DNA of 64,000 nucleotides from Patescibacteria group bacterium (lineage in GTDB: Bacteria > Patescibacteriota > Patescibacteriia > JACRDY01): contig JBAZFH010000003.1 of assembly GCA_041653535.1 (NCBI GenBank), positions 66,771 to 130,770 on the forward strand, in the 5' to 3' direction. Within the stretch, counting starts at the first letter, position 1, and each line of letters starts with the position of its first letter. Shown here one piece after another: positions 36,039-46,768 of the stretch. The notes under the pieces were generated by a model, which saw only the letters and a program-made list of their open reading frames with translations, searched no databases and had not been told where the DNA came from. The position numbers were made by a program, and so were the translations under genes.

Positions 36039-36455
36039 ATGCCTATGGATAAGCTAATCGTTTATACTGATGGTGGCGCTCGCGGTAATCCTGGTCCGGC
36101 AGGAATCGGCGTGGTTTTTTATAATAGCAAAAAAGAAATAGTAAAAAAGTTTGGTAAATATGTCGGTGATGATATGACTAATAATCAAGCCGAATATATA
36201 GCCGTGATAGAAGCGCTGGCAGCGGCTAAAGAACTGGGGGTTAAAGAGCTGGATTTTTTCTTGGATAGCGAATTGGTGGTCAAACAGTTAAATGGAGAAT
36301 ATAAAGTAAAAAATAAAGAATTAAGTTCACTGTTTGTTAAAATTTGGAACGCAACTCAAAGCTTTAGTAAGGTTAAATATCGTCATGTGCCCAGGGAAGA
36401 AAACAAGGAAGCGGATCGGCTGGTAAACGACGCGATTGACAGGGAAAAAAGATAG
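36039..36455 (+). CDS. rnhA: Ribonuclease HI
   Basis: RNase H fold motifs (VYTDGGARGNPGPAGIG, NNQAEYIAVIEAL, DSELVVKQ). Confidence 0.8.
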   Translation: MPMDKLIVYTDGGARGNPGPAGIGVVFYNSKKEIVKKFGKYVGDDMTNNQAEYIAVIEALAAAKELGVKELDFFLDSELVVKQLNGEYKVKNKELSSLFVKIWNATQSFSKVKYRHVPREENKEADRLVNDAIDREKR

Positions 36456-36498
36456 CCTAAAAGGCTATTTTTTGTTATAATAAAGCAAAACTAAAAAC

Positions 36499-39400
36499 AT
36501 GGAAAATGTTAACAGAAAAAAACACAATTTTCGGCTGTTTGTGATTGTTTTTATTTTTTTAAATCTTTCGATATCTTTGCTTTATATAAAAAGCGTTTCG
36601 GCTTTGCAGTATCATGGGACGAATATTACTGCCAACGAATTCTGGTCAGCGGCACAGTCGCCTCATATTGTAACGAAAGCGATAACAGTGTCTGGCGGCG
36701 CCATCCTCACGATTGAAGCCGGTGCCACTGTTTTATTTAACAGCGGTGCTTCTTTGACTATTGATAGCGCCAAACTTATTGCCATAGGCGCATCTGGTCA
36801 GGAGATTACGTTTTCCGCAAACAGCGTGTTACCAACTCCGGGAAGCTGGAACGGTATATATTTGCGGTCCGGGACTTATACGCTAGATTCTTCAATTCTT
36901 GAGCGTGTAATTATCGAATATGCCACAGACGGGTTGTCGATGGAAAATTATTTTTATGTTATTAACGCCCACGAAATACGCGATTCAGAAGTGAGAAACA
37001 ACAAAAATAACGGCATTAGAATTTTAGCGGGTTATTTTTGGAATAGCGATACTTTAAACCAAGCCAAGGTTAGTAATGTTTATGTTCATGATAACGGCGA
37101 TAACGGGATTTACGTTTATGCATCAGGATCGAGTTTTTTATTTAAGAGAGGAAAAATTGACGGAATAATTGAAAACAGTATTATTTCCAATAATGCAAAA
37201 AACGGCATTTATCTTAACGACGGACAGTGCAGTTCCGATGTTAAACTAAATATTACCGGTAATGTAATCGAAGACAATAATCAAGGAAATAATAGTCCCG
37301 GCACGGTTGCCGGTGTTTATCAGACAGAGAGTCGTTGTACTTCCGAAGAAAATAGCGAAATAACTATTAGTGGTAATACCATCCAAAACAACAATAGTTT
37401 AGCCATGCAAATTCATCCGCGGACTATTTTAGTTAATAATAATTTTTTGCAAAACTACACCAAAGCAGTCGATGCTTCTCAAAACGTTGTTAAAGTGATA
37501 AAAGGAACTATTTACACTAAAAATTATTCTAGCGTAAATCCCGGATCGGTTTATACCTGGAGTGGCAGCGGAGGGCATGGTAAGGAAGATGTTGTTTATT
37601 TTGTGAGCGGTTTGGTGACTATTATTAACGACAATACTTTAAATTTTGTCGAAGCGCCGATGATAAAGCTGGGTAACGGCGCTGGTTTTTTTGTTAATTC
37701 CGCAAAAATATACGCCGTAGCTCCGGCCGTTTCTGGAAAAGAAACCATTTTTACCTCAATCAATGATTCGGCGGCAGATTACGGAGGAGACACGCGTTGG
37801 GTTATTAGTTCTTCCGCCGCCCCGGCAAAAGGCGATTGGGGCTCAATCACTTTGTCGACTACCAGTTATGGTATCGATTCTTCCGTTATTGATCACGCTA
37901 TTATAAAATACGGCACTAACGGCGTGGTAATTGATAATTCTTCTTTTGTTTCCAACTCTCATCAGGTTTTAAATTCCATTATCGGTGATAACAGCCAGAA
38001 CGGGATAACTATCAAATGCAATTATTATTGGAATAGCGCGGTAACAAATGCGGCGGTAATAAAGGGCAATAAGATAAGTAATAACGACAGTAACGGTATT
38101 TATACCTATGGCTATGGTGCCGATGGCGGTCGCACTGCCATTATCAACGCTACTATTCAAGATAATAATATCGTCAATAGCGGCGGCAGCGGCATTCAGA
38201 TTGATGACGGTGGATGCAATACCGCTACCAAGCTTAATATTAAAGGTAATATTATTGAAGGTAGTAATAATAAAAATGGCATCGCTAATGCTAAAAATTA
38301 TGCGGCGATTTGGCAAGCTTCAACTCGTTGTAACCAAAATTACAGCGAAACAATCGTTGAAGGCAATACTATCCGCGGTAATAATAGTTTGGTCATGCAA
38401 ATTCATCCGCGGACCGTTTTAAACGGCAACACCATACAGGATAATAATCCGAGCGCTTCCGAGATTTTTTCTCGTAATGTGGTAAAAATATTACCGGGCG
38501 GGGTAATAAAAACCACAGAGTCGGCGTTGAATTCTTATTGGTCCGGCAACGGCGACAATTCGTCGACGAATAATGTTGTTTATTTGGTGAGCGGCAATAT
38601 TGAGTTTACAGGAGGTCATAATTTATATATAAATAACGCCGCGACAGTAAAATTTGTAAAAACTTTTAAATTGTCACTGTATAATAACTCCAAAATTTCT
38701 GCTTTCGGACTTGAAGCGGACAGTCAAAAAAACGTTTTCACTTCCGTAAATGATAATAGTAACAGCGCTTCCGGAGATACTACTTGGGCAGTTGATTCCT
38801 CGACTTTTCCGGTTTCGGGCGATTGGAATACCATATTTTTAGGTTTTTGTAACACCGGTGATTGTTCGGTTGTCAGTGATGCCATCGTTCGTTATGCCAC
38901 TAACGGAATAACCTTAGACAGCGATAATACTCACAAGGTTTATCGCTCAGAAATTAGCAACTGTTTGGGAGTGGGAATTTTGGTGAACGCCTCTCCGACA
39001 GGAAGTATTTCCGGTATTTCTAATCGTGCGAACATAGATTCGTGTAAAATTCATAATAACAATGGTAGCGGTATAAGCGTGACTGTAAGCGGTTCAACCA
39101 AGGTAAGCAGCCTAGTTGCCGATTATACCAACAATGAAATTTATAATAACGCGGCCGACGGCATAAAAGTAAGACCGACTGATAATGGTTCTTTTTTAAG
39201 TCTTAATTTAATTAACAATAATATTCATGATAATTCTGCCAATGGTGTCAATTATAATAATACAGGCAGTGTTTCTAACAATTACGTAAACATTACTTCT
39301 TCAAAAATTATTAATAACATCGGTCACGGAGTATACGTCATTAGCAGTAAAATGAATATTACCGGCAGTGATCTTTATGGTAACCACGGAGCGGAAATAT

Positions 39401-41148
39401 TCAACGGTTCTAGTAATTTGATTACAGCGGAAAATAATTATTGGGGCGATAACTTTGGTCCTTGGGACGAAGAAGGCGCTACCAATCCGAAAAATAAATG
39501 TCGAGTTAATCCAAATACTTTAGTTACCGATTACGTCGGTACCGGCACAACCTATAATGTAGATTATTCGCCGTGGACCGGTTTGGTCGTTCCGTCGGTT
39601 CCCGATATTGATAAAATTGACGGCATTGAAAATTTTCCAGCCGCCGGAGTATCGCTTAATCCTACTATTGAGAGTGCTATAACAGTTGATACTTCCATAG
39701 AGTATACTGATTGGAATGTTTATGATTCCGCCAATCAATTGATTTGGAGTTCTAATAACACTTTTTGTCCTTATGATGGTACGACGGGCAATGGTTTGTT
39801 TATTGTGCATGTCAATTCCAGTGAAGGTAGTTTTGTCGGGTCTTATAGCGGTGAGAGCGCGTTAGTACCAGCTACTGACTATTATGTTCGGGCGAGATAC
39901 CGCAATCGTTTAGGTATTTCGACGTGGTCGGAAGAAAGACGGTTTAGAACCACTGGCGGCACGGTGGCAATTATCGAAATAGGCGGTGACGCTCCGCAGT
40001 CTTCTTATTCTCAATGGCCGCCGACAGAAATACCGCCCAGAGTTAACCAAGTAACGGATTTTCCGCCCGATTTAAAATTTGTTGCCGCCGGTACGGCTGG
40101 AGGCAAATGGTCTTTTGCCGAAATTGGCTTTTGGGATGCAGCTGACCCGGAGCAGGGTGTGGTAAATAGATGGGAGGAGACAAGCGCGACGCCAATATTT
40201 TATCCGCCGCGCAGTGTTGCTAACAAAAAGTTTATTGACGAAAAAGACTGGTATATGGTCCAATTCACTAATACTTTTGGTCAGTCTAGTCCTTATTATT
40301 TTTTCAAAAAAGAGATCTCTTGGCTAAAAACTGGTCAAGCTGATCTTTATTCTGGTAAAAATATCAATCTCAAATCTCCAACTTCAGAAGACTATAATGC
40401 CTCTTATTGCGTTTTGGCGTCCCAAGATCTGCAGTTAATTACTTTAGAAGCTAACCCACAACTTGATCCTTGCCGGACGGCGTCTTTTGATGAATTAAAA
40501 TTACCGTCAAAAAATCAAAACAGAAATTATTATTATAGCGAACAGTTTGGAATTTTGGATATAAATGGAGCGATCAAAAAAGCTAGAGATGACGGTAGGT
40601 TGATAGAAGTTAGCGACGGGTGCAGTTTGAGCGGACCGACTACGCTTAATCACCAGATTCGTTATTGTCATGGTGATAGTACGATTAGCGGTTTGATCGT
40701 CCGTGACGGTTTAGTGGCTGGAGAGCGTGGCGATGGATTGATTATCGTGGACGGAGATCTGACTGTTGATGGTGATATAACGTACCAGGGCTGGAGTTTG
40801 TCTGATACAAAAAAATTAGCGTCGCTGGGCATAATCGTGTTGCGCGACCCGATTACTTCTACGGGAGGTAATATTAATATCAGTTCAAATGTACAAAATT
40901 TGGCAGGAGCTTATTATGCCGAAGGCACTGTTGATACTTGTTATAATGGATCTTCTGCCAGTTGTTCTGATAACAGATTAGTGGTTAATGGGCTACTCGC
41001 GGCAAATCAGTTTAATTTTAAACGGACTTATTCTGATTCTGGCAATAATCCCGCAGAAGAAGTTAATTATGATGGCAGAATTTTGATTAACACTCCTCCG
41101 GGTATGGACAGTTTGATTAAGGGTTTGCCCCTGTGGAGTAATCGTTAG
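36499..41148 (+). CDS. Giant (1549-aa) secreted protein with multiple parallel beta-helix (PbH1-type) repeat blocks and a fibronectin-III-like module
   Basis: Signal peptide plus TM. Dozens of NNxxNGIY/NGIxI repeat rungs. Internally duplicated about 300-aa blocks (...NNSLAMQIHPRTILVNN / ...NNSLVMQIHPRTVLNGN). YVRARYRNRLGISTWS FN3-like segment. Confidence 0.7.
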   Translation: MENVNRKKHNFRLFVIVFIFLNLSISLLYIKSVSALQYHGTNITANEFWSAAQSPHIVTKAITVSGGAILTIEAGATVLFNSGASLTIDSAKLIAIGASGQEITFSANSVLPTPGSWNGIYLRSGTYTLDSSILERVIIEYATDGLSMENYFYVINAHEIRDSEVRNNKNNGIRILAGYFWNSDTLNQAKVSNVYVHDNGDNGIYVYASGSSFLFKRGKIDGIIENSIISNNAKNGIYLNDGQCSSDVKLNITGNVIEDNNQGNNSPGTVAGVYQTESRCTSEENSEITISGNTIQNNNSLAMQIHPRTILVNNNFLQNYTKAVDASQNVVKVIKGTIYTKNYSSVNPGSVYTWSGSGGHGKEDVVYFVSGLVTIINDNTLNFVEAPMIKLGNGAGFFVNSAKIYAVAPAVSGKETIFTSINDSAADYGGDTRWVISSSAAPAKGDWGSITLSTTSYGIDSSVIDHAIIKYGTNGVVIDNSSFVSNSHQVLNSIIGDNSQNGITIKCNYYWNSAVTNAAVIKGNKISNNDSNGIYTYGYGADGGRTAIINATIQDNNIVNSGGSGIQIDDGGCNTATKLNIKGNIIEGSNNKNGIANAKNYAAIWQASTRCNQNYSETIVEGNTIRGNNSLVMQIHPRTVLNGNTIQDNNPSASEIFSRNVVKILPGGVIKTTESALNSYWSGNGDNSSTNNVVYLVSGNIEFTGGHNLYINNAATVKFVKTFKLSLYNNSKISAFGLEADSQKNVFTSVNDNSNSASGDTTWAVDSSTFPVSGDWNTIFLGFCNTGDCSVVSDAIVRYATNGITLDSDNTHKVYRSEISNCLGVGILVNASPTGSISGISNRANIDSCKIHNNNGSGISVTVSGSTKVSSLVADYTNNEIYNNAADGIKVRPTDNGSFLSLNLINNNIHDNSANGVNYNNTGSVSNNYVNITSSKIINNIGHGVYVISSKMNITGSDLYGNHGAEIFNGSSNLITAENNYWGDNFGPWDEEGATNPKNKCRVNPNTLVTDYVGTGTTYNVDYSPWTGLVVPSVPDIDKIDGIENFPAAGVSLNPTIESAITVDTSIEYTDWNVYDSANQLIWSSNNTFCPYDGTTGNGLFIVHVNSSEGSFVGSYSGESALVPATDYYVRARYRNRLGISTWSEERRFRTTGGTVAIIEIGGDAPQSSYSQWPPTEIPPRVNQVTDFPPDLKFVAAGTAGGKWSFAEIGFWDAADPEQGVVNRWEETSATPIFYPPRSVANKKFIDEKDWYMVQFTNTFGQSSPYYFFKKEISWLKTGQADLYSGKNINLKSPTSEDYNASYCVLASQDLQLITLEANPQLDPCRTASFDELKLPSKNQNRNYYYSEQFGILDINGAIKKARDDGRLIEVSDGCSLSGPTTLNHQIRYCHGDSTISGLIVRDGLVAGERGDGLIIVDGDLTVDGDITYQGWSLSDTKKLASLGIIVLRDPITSTGGNINISSNVQNLAGAYYAEGTVDTCYNGSSASCSDNRLVVNGLLAANQFNFKRTYSDSGNNPAEEVNYDGRILINTPPGMDSLIKGLPLWSNR

Positions 41149-41244
41149 CGGCTTGGTTTGCCAATAAAGGGTAAAATCTGTTATAATTTATACGACTTAA
41201 ATTGTTTTGGCTAAATTAAAAGGAAAAAAACAAAAACAATAATT

Positions 41245-42303
41245 ATGGCATTGTTTTCTAAGGAAAATAGTTATTTAGGCGTTGATATTGGCGCTCATAA
41301 TATTAAATTAGTCGAGCTGGAAGACCAACGGGGACGACCGAGATTACTGACTTATGGATATACCGATCAAATCGTGAGTTCAGATGTTCCTGATCTACTA
41401 GAAAATGTTGATGAAACGGTTTTAATCATAAAAGAGTTGATTAAAAAAGCTAAAGTGAAATCCAAAAAAGTCGTAGCGGCGTTGCCTGTATCTTCGATTT
41501 TTAGTTCGGTTATAAGTTTATCGAATATCAAGGCGGATTCTCCGAAAGATTTAGAAGACGCAATCAAGTGGCAGGCAAAAAAAGTTATTCCCATGCCGTT
41601 AGAAGAAATGATTTTATATCATAATGTTTTAAAAAAAGCGGAAGAAAAGGTTGACGGTCGGGCGTTAGTACAAAGGTTTTTGCTGACCGCCGCTCCGCGC
41701 AATCTGGTAAAAATTTATTTAGATATTTTTAAAAAAGCTGGTTTGCAAATCATTAGCTTAGAGACAGAAAGTTTTGCCCTTTCGCGTTCTTTGATTGGCA
41801 GCGATAAATCGGCAGTGATGGTGGTGGATATGGGAGAGGCAACTACCAATATTTCAGTTGTTCGTGACGGTGTGCCGCTTTTGAATCGCAGTATTGATAC
41901 TGCCGGGCAGAGTTTTACGAAAATTTTTAGTAAAAATTTAGGTCTTGATAACCTCACCGCCGAAAGATTTAAAAGGGATTTGAGCGGTCTTACCGCGCAA
42001 AGCGAGATAGCCGCTATTAAAGAGTTGTTTGATAATTTAGTCCATGAAATTAATTATTGTTTCAATCTTTATCAGCAAGAAAGTAACATGATAGATGGTA
42101 AAATAGAAAAAATAATTTTGACCGGTGGGTCTGCGTTGTTGCCGAATTTAGATAAATATTTGTCGCAGAATTTAAATGTTAAAGCCTTTCTCGGAGATCC
42201 GTGGGCAAGGATAGTTTATCCGCAAGATCTGCAGCCGATTTTGGACAAGATTGGTCCTCGTTTATCCATTGCTATTGGTTTGGCAATGAGAGAAATCAGC
42301 TAG
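41245..42303 (+). CDS. pilM: Type IV pilus assembly ATPase-like protein PilM
   Basis: Actin-like fold N-terminus (LGVDIGAHNIKLVELED). Cluster context. Confidence 0.8.
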   Translation: MALFSKENSYLGVDIGAHNIKLVELEDQRGRPRLLTYGYTDQIVSSDVPDLLENVDETVLIIKELIKKAKVKSKKVVAALPVSSIFSSVISLSNIKADSPKDLEDAIKWQAKKVIPMPLEEMILYHNVLKKAEEKVDGRALVQRFLLTAAPRNLVKIYLDIFKKAGLQIISLETESFALSRSLIGSDKSAVMVVDMGEATTNISVVRDGVPLLNRSIDTAGQSFTKIFSKNLGLDNLTAERFKRDLSGLTAQSEIAAIKELFDNLVHEINYCFNLYQQESNMIDGKIEKIILTGGSALLPNLDKYLSQNLNVKAFLGDPWARIVYPQDLQPILDKIGPRLSIAIGLAMREIS

Positions 42304-42315
42304 AGATTTTATTTT

Positions 42316-43563
42316 ATGACTGATATAAATCTTTTACCAGAAGAATTGCGTAGTGATGACAAAAAACGCGTTAAAGACCAACGCGAAGAAATTGTTTATA
42401 CCGATCCGGCAAAACAAAATAAATTTTCAAAAGAAATAAAACCCATAACCAGTAAAGTCGGTTGGTGGAAAAATTTTTTATTTTCTAGAAAAGACAGAAA
42501 ACAGTTAAAAAAACAAGACTCTCCAGTCATAACATCTTCCAAACCTCAAACCATTAACGATAAAAATATTTTTTCCGTACCGAAACCGCCAGAAATTCCC
42601 AAGACAATCTATACCCAGACACCGCGTGAAAACCCTTCGGTTATGCAGGCGCAAAAAATAGAAAAAACTGCGATGCCAAATTTAATACCCCCGATTTCTT
42701 ATAGAGATTCGGCAACTGAACCTAAAAAAGAGATGAAACAGACTTTGGCGGTAAAAAAATCGTGGTGGTCAAGGTTTTGGCATAAATTCTTTTTTCGAAA
42801 AACAACGGTTCAAATTAAACCTAGAGAAATATTGATGCCAGCGGCGCCAAAGGTGGGACCGGCTAGGGATGTTTCCGATATTTCCTTGGTATCTCCAGCA
42901 GTAAAAGACTCGTCGGAAAAAATTAATTTGGATTCGACCGTGATGCATGAACCGCAAAATCATCGTTTGCGCGGAGCGCCGGAGGTTGATTTGGCTTCAG
43001 ATGAGAGTTTTTTATTTACTTGGTCGGAATTTTATCATCGTTTACAAGTCGGCGGTATTGTTTTGTTGTTGGCAATCATTTTTTTGGTAGCCATTTATTT
43101 TGCTATCGCTAGAGTAATGTCGCCGTCGAGCGATCAGGGTCAAGCGTTAAGCGCTAATATTGCGGCTTTGGAAAAACAGTTGACGGATTTTGAAAAAAAG
43201 AAGGGAGAGGTGGTTTTGCTTGATCGTCGGTTAGCGCAGCTTAATAGTTTAGCAGAGAAACATTTATTTTGGTCACGGCTTTTTGTTTTGCTGGAAAAAG
43301 ATACTTTAGCCAATGTTTATTATACCAGCATGACTGTTGATCAAAGTGGTAAAATAATTTTTTCCGTCTCTGCTCCCGACTATCCGATATTGGCACAGCA
43401 GTTGGCGATCTGGCAATCCGAACCGTTAGTTTCTTCAGTAGAATTTTCTTCAGCTACAATTGATGAAAATACCGTGTTGAGTCAAGACTCTAACGCGCCT
43501 AAAATTACCACGGTTAGATTCGATTTGGTTTTAAATCTTAACCCAGAATTTTTAGCGAAATAA
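42316..43563 (+). CDS. pilN: PilN-like pilus assembly protein with an about 240-aa Lys/Pro-rich N-terminal extension
   Basis: Single TM segment (VGGIVLLLAIIFLVAIYFAI) followed by a coiled-coil and PilN-like C-terminal domain. Low-complexity N-terminus. Confidence 0.5.
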   Translation: MTDINLLPEELRSDDKKRVKDQREEIVYTDPAKQNKFSKEIKPITSKVGWWKNFLFSRKDRKQLKKQDSPVITSSKPQTINDKNIFSVPKPPEIPKTIYTQTPRENPSVMQAQKIEKTAMPNLIPPISYRDSATEPKKEMKQTLAVKKSWWSRFWHKFFFRKTTVQIKPREILMPAAPKVGPARDVSDISLVSPAVKDSSEKINLDSTVMHEPQNHRLRGAPEVDLASDESFLFTWSEFYHRLQVGGIVLLLAIIFLVAIYFAIARVMSPSSDQGQALSANIAALEKQLTDFEKKKGEVVLLDRRLAQLNSLAEKHLFWSRLFVLLEKDTLANVYYTSMTVDQSGKIIFSVSAPDYPILAQQLAIWQSEPLVSSVEFSSATIDENTVLSQDSNAPKITTVRFDLVLNLNPEFLAK

Positions 43564-43567
43564 GATT

Positions 43568-44194
43568 ATGGATATCAACAGTAACAATATCAACCGTGAG
43601 GCAAAAAACGGTAAAAATAAAACCAACCCGATTCTGTTTTTTGTTTTTCGTAATTTTTATTGGATTACCTTTTTGGTTGTCGCGACGCTTGTAATTTTGG
43701 TTTATTTATTTATTTTTCGATCGCAGCTTACCGCTGATAACGTGGCTAAAACTTTTTCTTATCGTAGCGAAATAGAGCGCCTTGATTCTTTAAAGAAAAA
43801 GACCACTGAAATAAAAAAAGTATTGAGTGATTTTGATAGTTTCTCCCAGGATGAACTAATTAGATTGTCTCAGATACTACCCGCGGAAAAAGATCTGCCT
43901 AATTTGATAATTCAACTTGATAGTTTGGCTAAGCAAAGCGGGTTAGCGCTGTCGTCTTTTAGTATTTCCGAACAAGTTTCTACGAAAAAAGTTGTTGATG
44001 CGCAGCAGGCGACCGGGTCTGTTAAGGAGTTGATTATCAGTTTAAATTTAAAAGGCGGTGGTTATAATAATCTCAAACAGTTGGTTAGTCTAGTCGAAAC
44101 TAATATGCGTTTAATGGATATTTCTTCCTTTGTTTTTGCGCCAAACGACAGTGGTTCTTTTACTTTGTCGTTGAAAACATATTTTTATAATTAA
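43568..44194 (+). CDS. pilO: PilO-like pilus assembly protein
   Basis: N-terminal TM segment, coiled-coil, C-terminal ferredoxin-like region. Position after pilN. Confidence 0.5.
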   Translation: MDINSNNINREAKNGKNKTNPILFFVFRNFYWITFLVVATLVILVYLFIFRSQLTADNVAKTFSYRSEIERLDSLKKKTTEIKKVLSDFDSFSQDELIRLSQILPAEKDLPNLIIQLDSLAKQSGLALSSFSISEQVSTKKVVDAQQATGSVKELIISLNLKGGGYNNLKQLVSLVETNMRLMDISSFVFAPNDSGSFTLSLKTYFYN

Positions 44195-44218
44195 AAATTA
44201 TACGTTGTCTAAAAGGCT

Positions 44219-44545
44219 ATGCTGGTTCAAAAAGAGGTAAAAAGCAAAAAAACTTTAGTCTTAATATTAATAATCATAGCTACTTTGGGTGTTAGCGGTT
44301 ATCTTTTATATTACAATATTAATTATTCCGTAAACCGCGGCAGTAATAGTCAAATTTTTAGCATGATGGATAACAGTATGAAGAATAGCGTTGGTTCTTC
44401 AAGCGGGTATGAAGAAGTAATATGGAAGGTTCTTGGTCTTAAATCTAATGATGTTAAAAATTCTAAACTAGACAAATTGCAACGGCATGTTTTACCACTG
44501 AGCTTGGAAGGCTTGGCAATAGGTCATCCGGATATTTTTAGATAA
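44219..44545 (+). CDS. Hypothetical small membrane protein in the pilus cluster
   Basis: Single TM segment. No recognisable motifs. Confidence 0.35.
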   Translation: MLVQKEVKSKKTLVLILIIIATLGVSGYLLYYNINYSVNRGSNSQIFSMMDNSMKNSVGSSSGYEEVIWKVLGLKSNDVKNSKLDKLQRHVLPLSLEGLAIGHPDIFR

Positions 44546-44556
44546 TTTTATCAAAT

Positions 44557-46311
44557 ATGGAAGACGCTAGTCGTTTAATAAAAATTAAAGAGGTTCTAAA
44601 AAAGCGAGGCATTATAAATGAAGAAATGTCTCAATCTATCGAAAGCCAGGATTTTGCCAGTATGGTTGATTTTTTTGATTTTTTAGTTAAGCAGCTTTCC
44701 ATAGATGAAGATCGTATTTATCCAGAACTTTCCGCAATATGCGGATTACCTTATATTGATTTGCGAACCAAAGAAATTCCTGACCGGGTATTATCTATTG
44801 TTCAGCGTTCAGTGGCTCAAAACTATAAATTAATTGCCTTTGATTTGACGGACAGGGAGCTGTCAGTTGGTTTGGTTAACCCTTATGATTTTCAGGCGAT
44901 ACGGGCGGTGGATTTTTTAGCAAAACAAAAGAAAATAAAATCCAAACTTTATTTGATTTCCTCCGAGTCGTTTGAAGCGGGTATGGGTCAATACTCTGAT
45001 TTTGACAGTGAGGTAAAAGAAGCCATCGCTTTAGTCGAACAAGAAAAAGAGCAAAAAGTATTTAAGGCTTCGGGCGGTAAAAAAGACGAAGAGGCGGAAT
45101 TCGAAGAAATTATTTCGGAAACTCCGGTTTCTAAAATAGTTTCTATGATTATAAAGAAGGCGGTGGAAAGCCGAGCTTCTGACATCCATATTGAACCAAC
45201 AGGAGAGGGGAGTCGAGTGCGCTATCGTGTCGACGGCATGCTTCATACTTCTTTGAATTTGCCTGGTCATATTCATCCGTCCGTGATTTCTCGTATTAAA
45301 GTTTTGGCCAATCTCAAACTTGATGAAACTCGTATTCCGCAAGATGGTCGTATTACTTTGAATATTGATAAGCAAAAAATAGATTTTCGTGTTTCTACCA
45401 TGCCCCTTTTAAATAAAGAAAAAGCGGTTTTGCGCATTTTAGAGGGGTCGGAAGCGGTTCCTACTTTAAAGGATTTGGGATTTTCCGATTATCAAATTAG
45501 AGTTATGGAGGCAAATATTAAACGTTCCCATGGTTTTTTTCTAGTTACTGGTCCGACCGGATCTGGCAAATCAACGACTATTTACTCAGTTTTAAATATT
45601 TTAAACCAAGATCAGGTGAATATAGCCACTTTAGAAGATCCGATAGAGTTTTATTTGGAAGGAGTAAACCAGTCGCAAATTCGTCCGGAGGTAAAATTTA
45701 CTTTTGCTTCGGGTTTGCGTTCCCTTCTGCGGCAGGATCCAAATATTATCATGGTGGGGGAGATTAGAGACAGCCAAACCGCGGAGATGGCGATCCATGC
45801 CAGCCTGACAGGGCATTTAATATTTTCTACTTTACATACCAATGATTCTTTGGGCGCGGTGCCACGTTTGATTGACATGAAAGTGGAACCGTTTTTACTG
45901 GCTTCAACTTTAAATATTGTAGTTGCTCAACGTTTGACTCGTAAAATTTGTCAGGCTTGTAAAGAACAGATAGAAATTCCCGATTATCTGTTAAAAAATA
46001 TCATGAAAGAATTTGACGGTATTGACAAGGACCAACTGCCGCAAGGTTTAGATATTTCTCATCCAGTGTTTTATCATGGTCGAGGTTGTGATTTGTGCCA
46101 AGGCAGCGGTTATCATGGTCGCGTAGCTATCGCCGAAATTTTGAGTATTAATGATGAAATAAAGCGACTGATAGTTTCCGGTTATAATATTGATGAAGTA
46201 AAAAAAGAAATGCGTAAACAAAAAATGCTAACCCTGATGCAAGCGGGATTGCTTCGTGCCGCGGAAGGACTGACTACCGTGGAAGAAGTTCTTCGTGTCA
46301 TTCAGGAATAA
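44557..46311 (+). CDS. pilB: Type IV pilus assembly ATPase PilB (GspE family)
   Basis: Walker A GPTGSGKST. Asp box, His box and tetracysteine CxxC...CDLC motif. N-terminal MshEN-like domain. Confidence 0.85.
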   Translation: MEDASRLIKIKEVLKKRGIINEEMSQSIESQDFASMVDFFDFLVKQLSIDEDRIYPELSAICGLPYIDLRTKEIPDRVLSIVQRSVAQNYKLIAFDLTDRELSVGLVNPYDFQAIRAVDFLAKQKKIKSKLYLISSESFEAGMGQYSDFDSEVKEAIALVEQEKEQKVFKASGGKKDEEAEFEEIISETPVSKIVSMIIKKAVESRASDIHIEPTGEGSRVRYRVDGMLHTSLNLPGHIHPSVISRIKVLANLKLDETRIPQDGRITLNIDKQKIDFRVSTMPLLNKEKAVLRILEGSEAVPTLKDLGFSDYQIRVMEANIKRSHGFFLVTGPTGSGKSTTIYSVLNILNQDQVNIATLEDPIEFYLEGVNQSQIRPEVKFTFASGLRSLLRQDPNIIMVGEIRDSQTAEMAIHASLTGHLIFSTLHTNDSLGAVPRLIDMKVEPFLLASTLNIVVAQRLTRKICQACKEQIEIPDYLLKNIMKEFDGIDKDQLPQGLDISHPVFYHGRGCDLCQGSGYHGRVAIAEILSINDEIKRLIVSGYNIDEVKKEMRKQKMLTLMQAGLLRAAEGLTTVEEVLRVIQE

Positions 46312-46358
46312 AAGGTTTATTGGATCAAAATTAATAATTTTAAATTAAAAATAATCAT

Positions 46359-46763
46359 ATGGCGGAAGGAGACAAAAAAACCATTCTTTTAGTGGAGGAC
46401 GATACATTTCTTGCGGGAATGTATAAAACAAAATTTGAAATGGAGAATTTTAATGTGATTTTGGCCGAAGATGGGTTTAAAGGTTTTCAACTGGCAAAAG
46501 AAAAGGCGCCGGATATAATTTTACTTGATATTCTTTTACCCAAGATGGATGGTTTTGAGGTGTTGGAGAAAGTCAGGGCCAGCGGTGATACTAAAAAGAT
46601 ACCGGTTATTATGTTAACTAATTTAGGACAGAAAGAAGACGTTAAGAAGGGTTTTGATCTCGGTGCCGATGGTTATTTGATTAAGGCGCATTTTATGCCT
46701 TCGGAAGTGGTGGAGAAAATAAAGTCAGTATTAGCCGGTAAGAAAGAGGAAACAGAACAATAG
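46359..46763 (+). CDS. Single-domain response regulator (CheY-like receiver) embedded in the pilus cluster
   Basis: LLVEDD, phospho-acceptor D in IILLDILLP, and T/K signature residues. Confidence 0.75.
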   Translation: MAEGDKKTILLVEDDTFLAGMYKTKFEMENFNVILAEDGFKGFQLAKEKAPDIILLDILLPKMDGFEVLEKVRASGDTKKIPVIMLTNLGQKEDVKKGFDLGADGYLIKAHFMPSEVVEKIKSVLAGKKEETEQ

Positions 46764-46768
46764 TTTTT

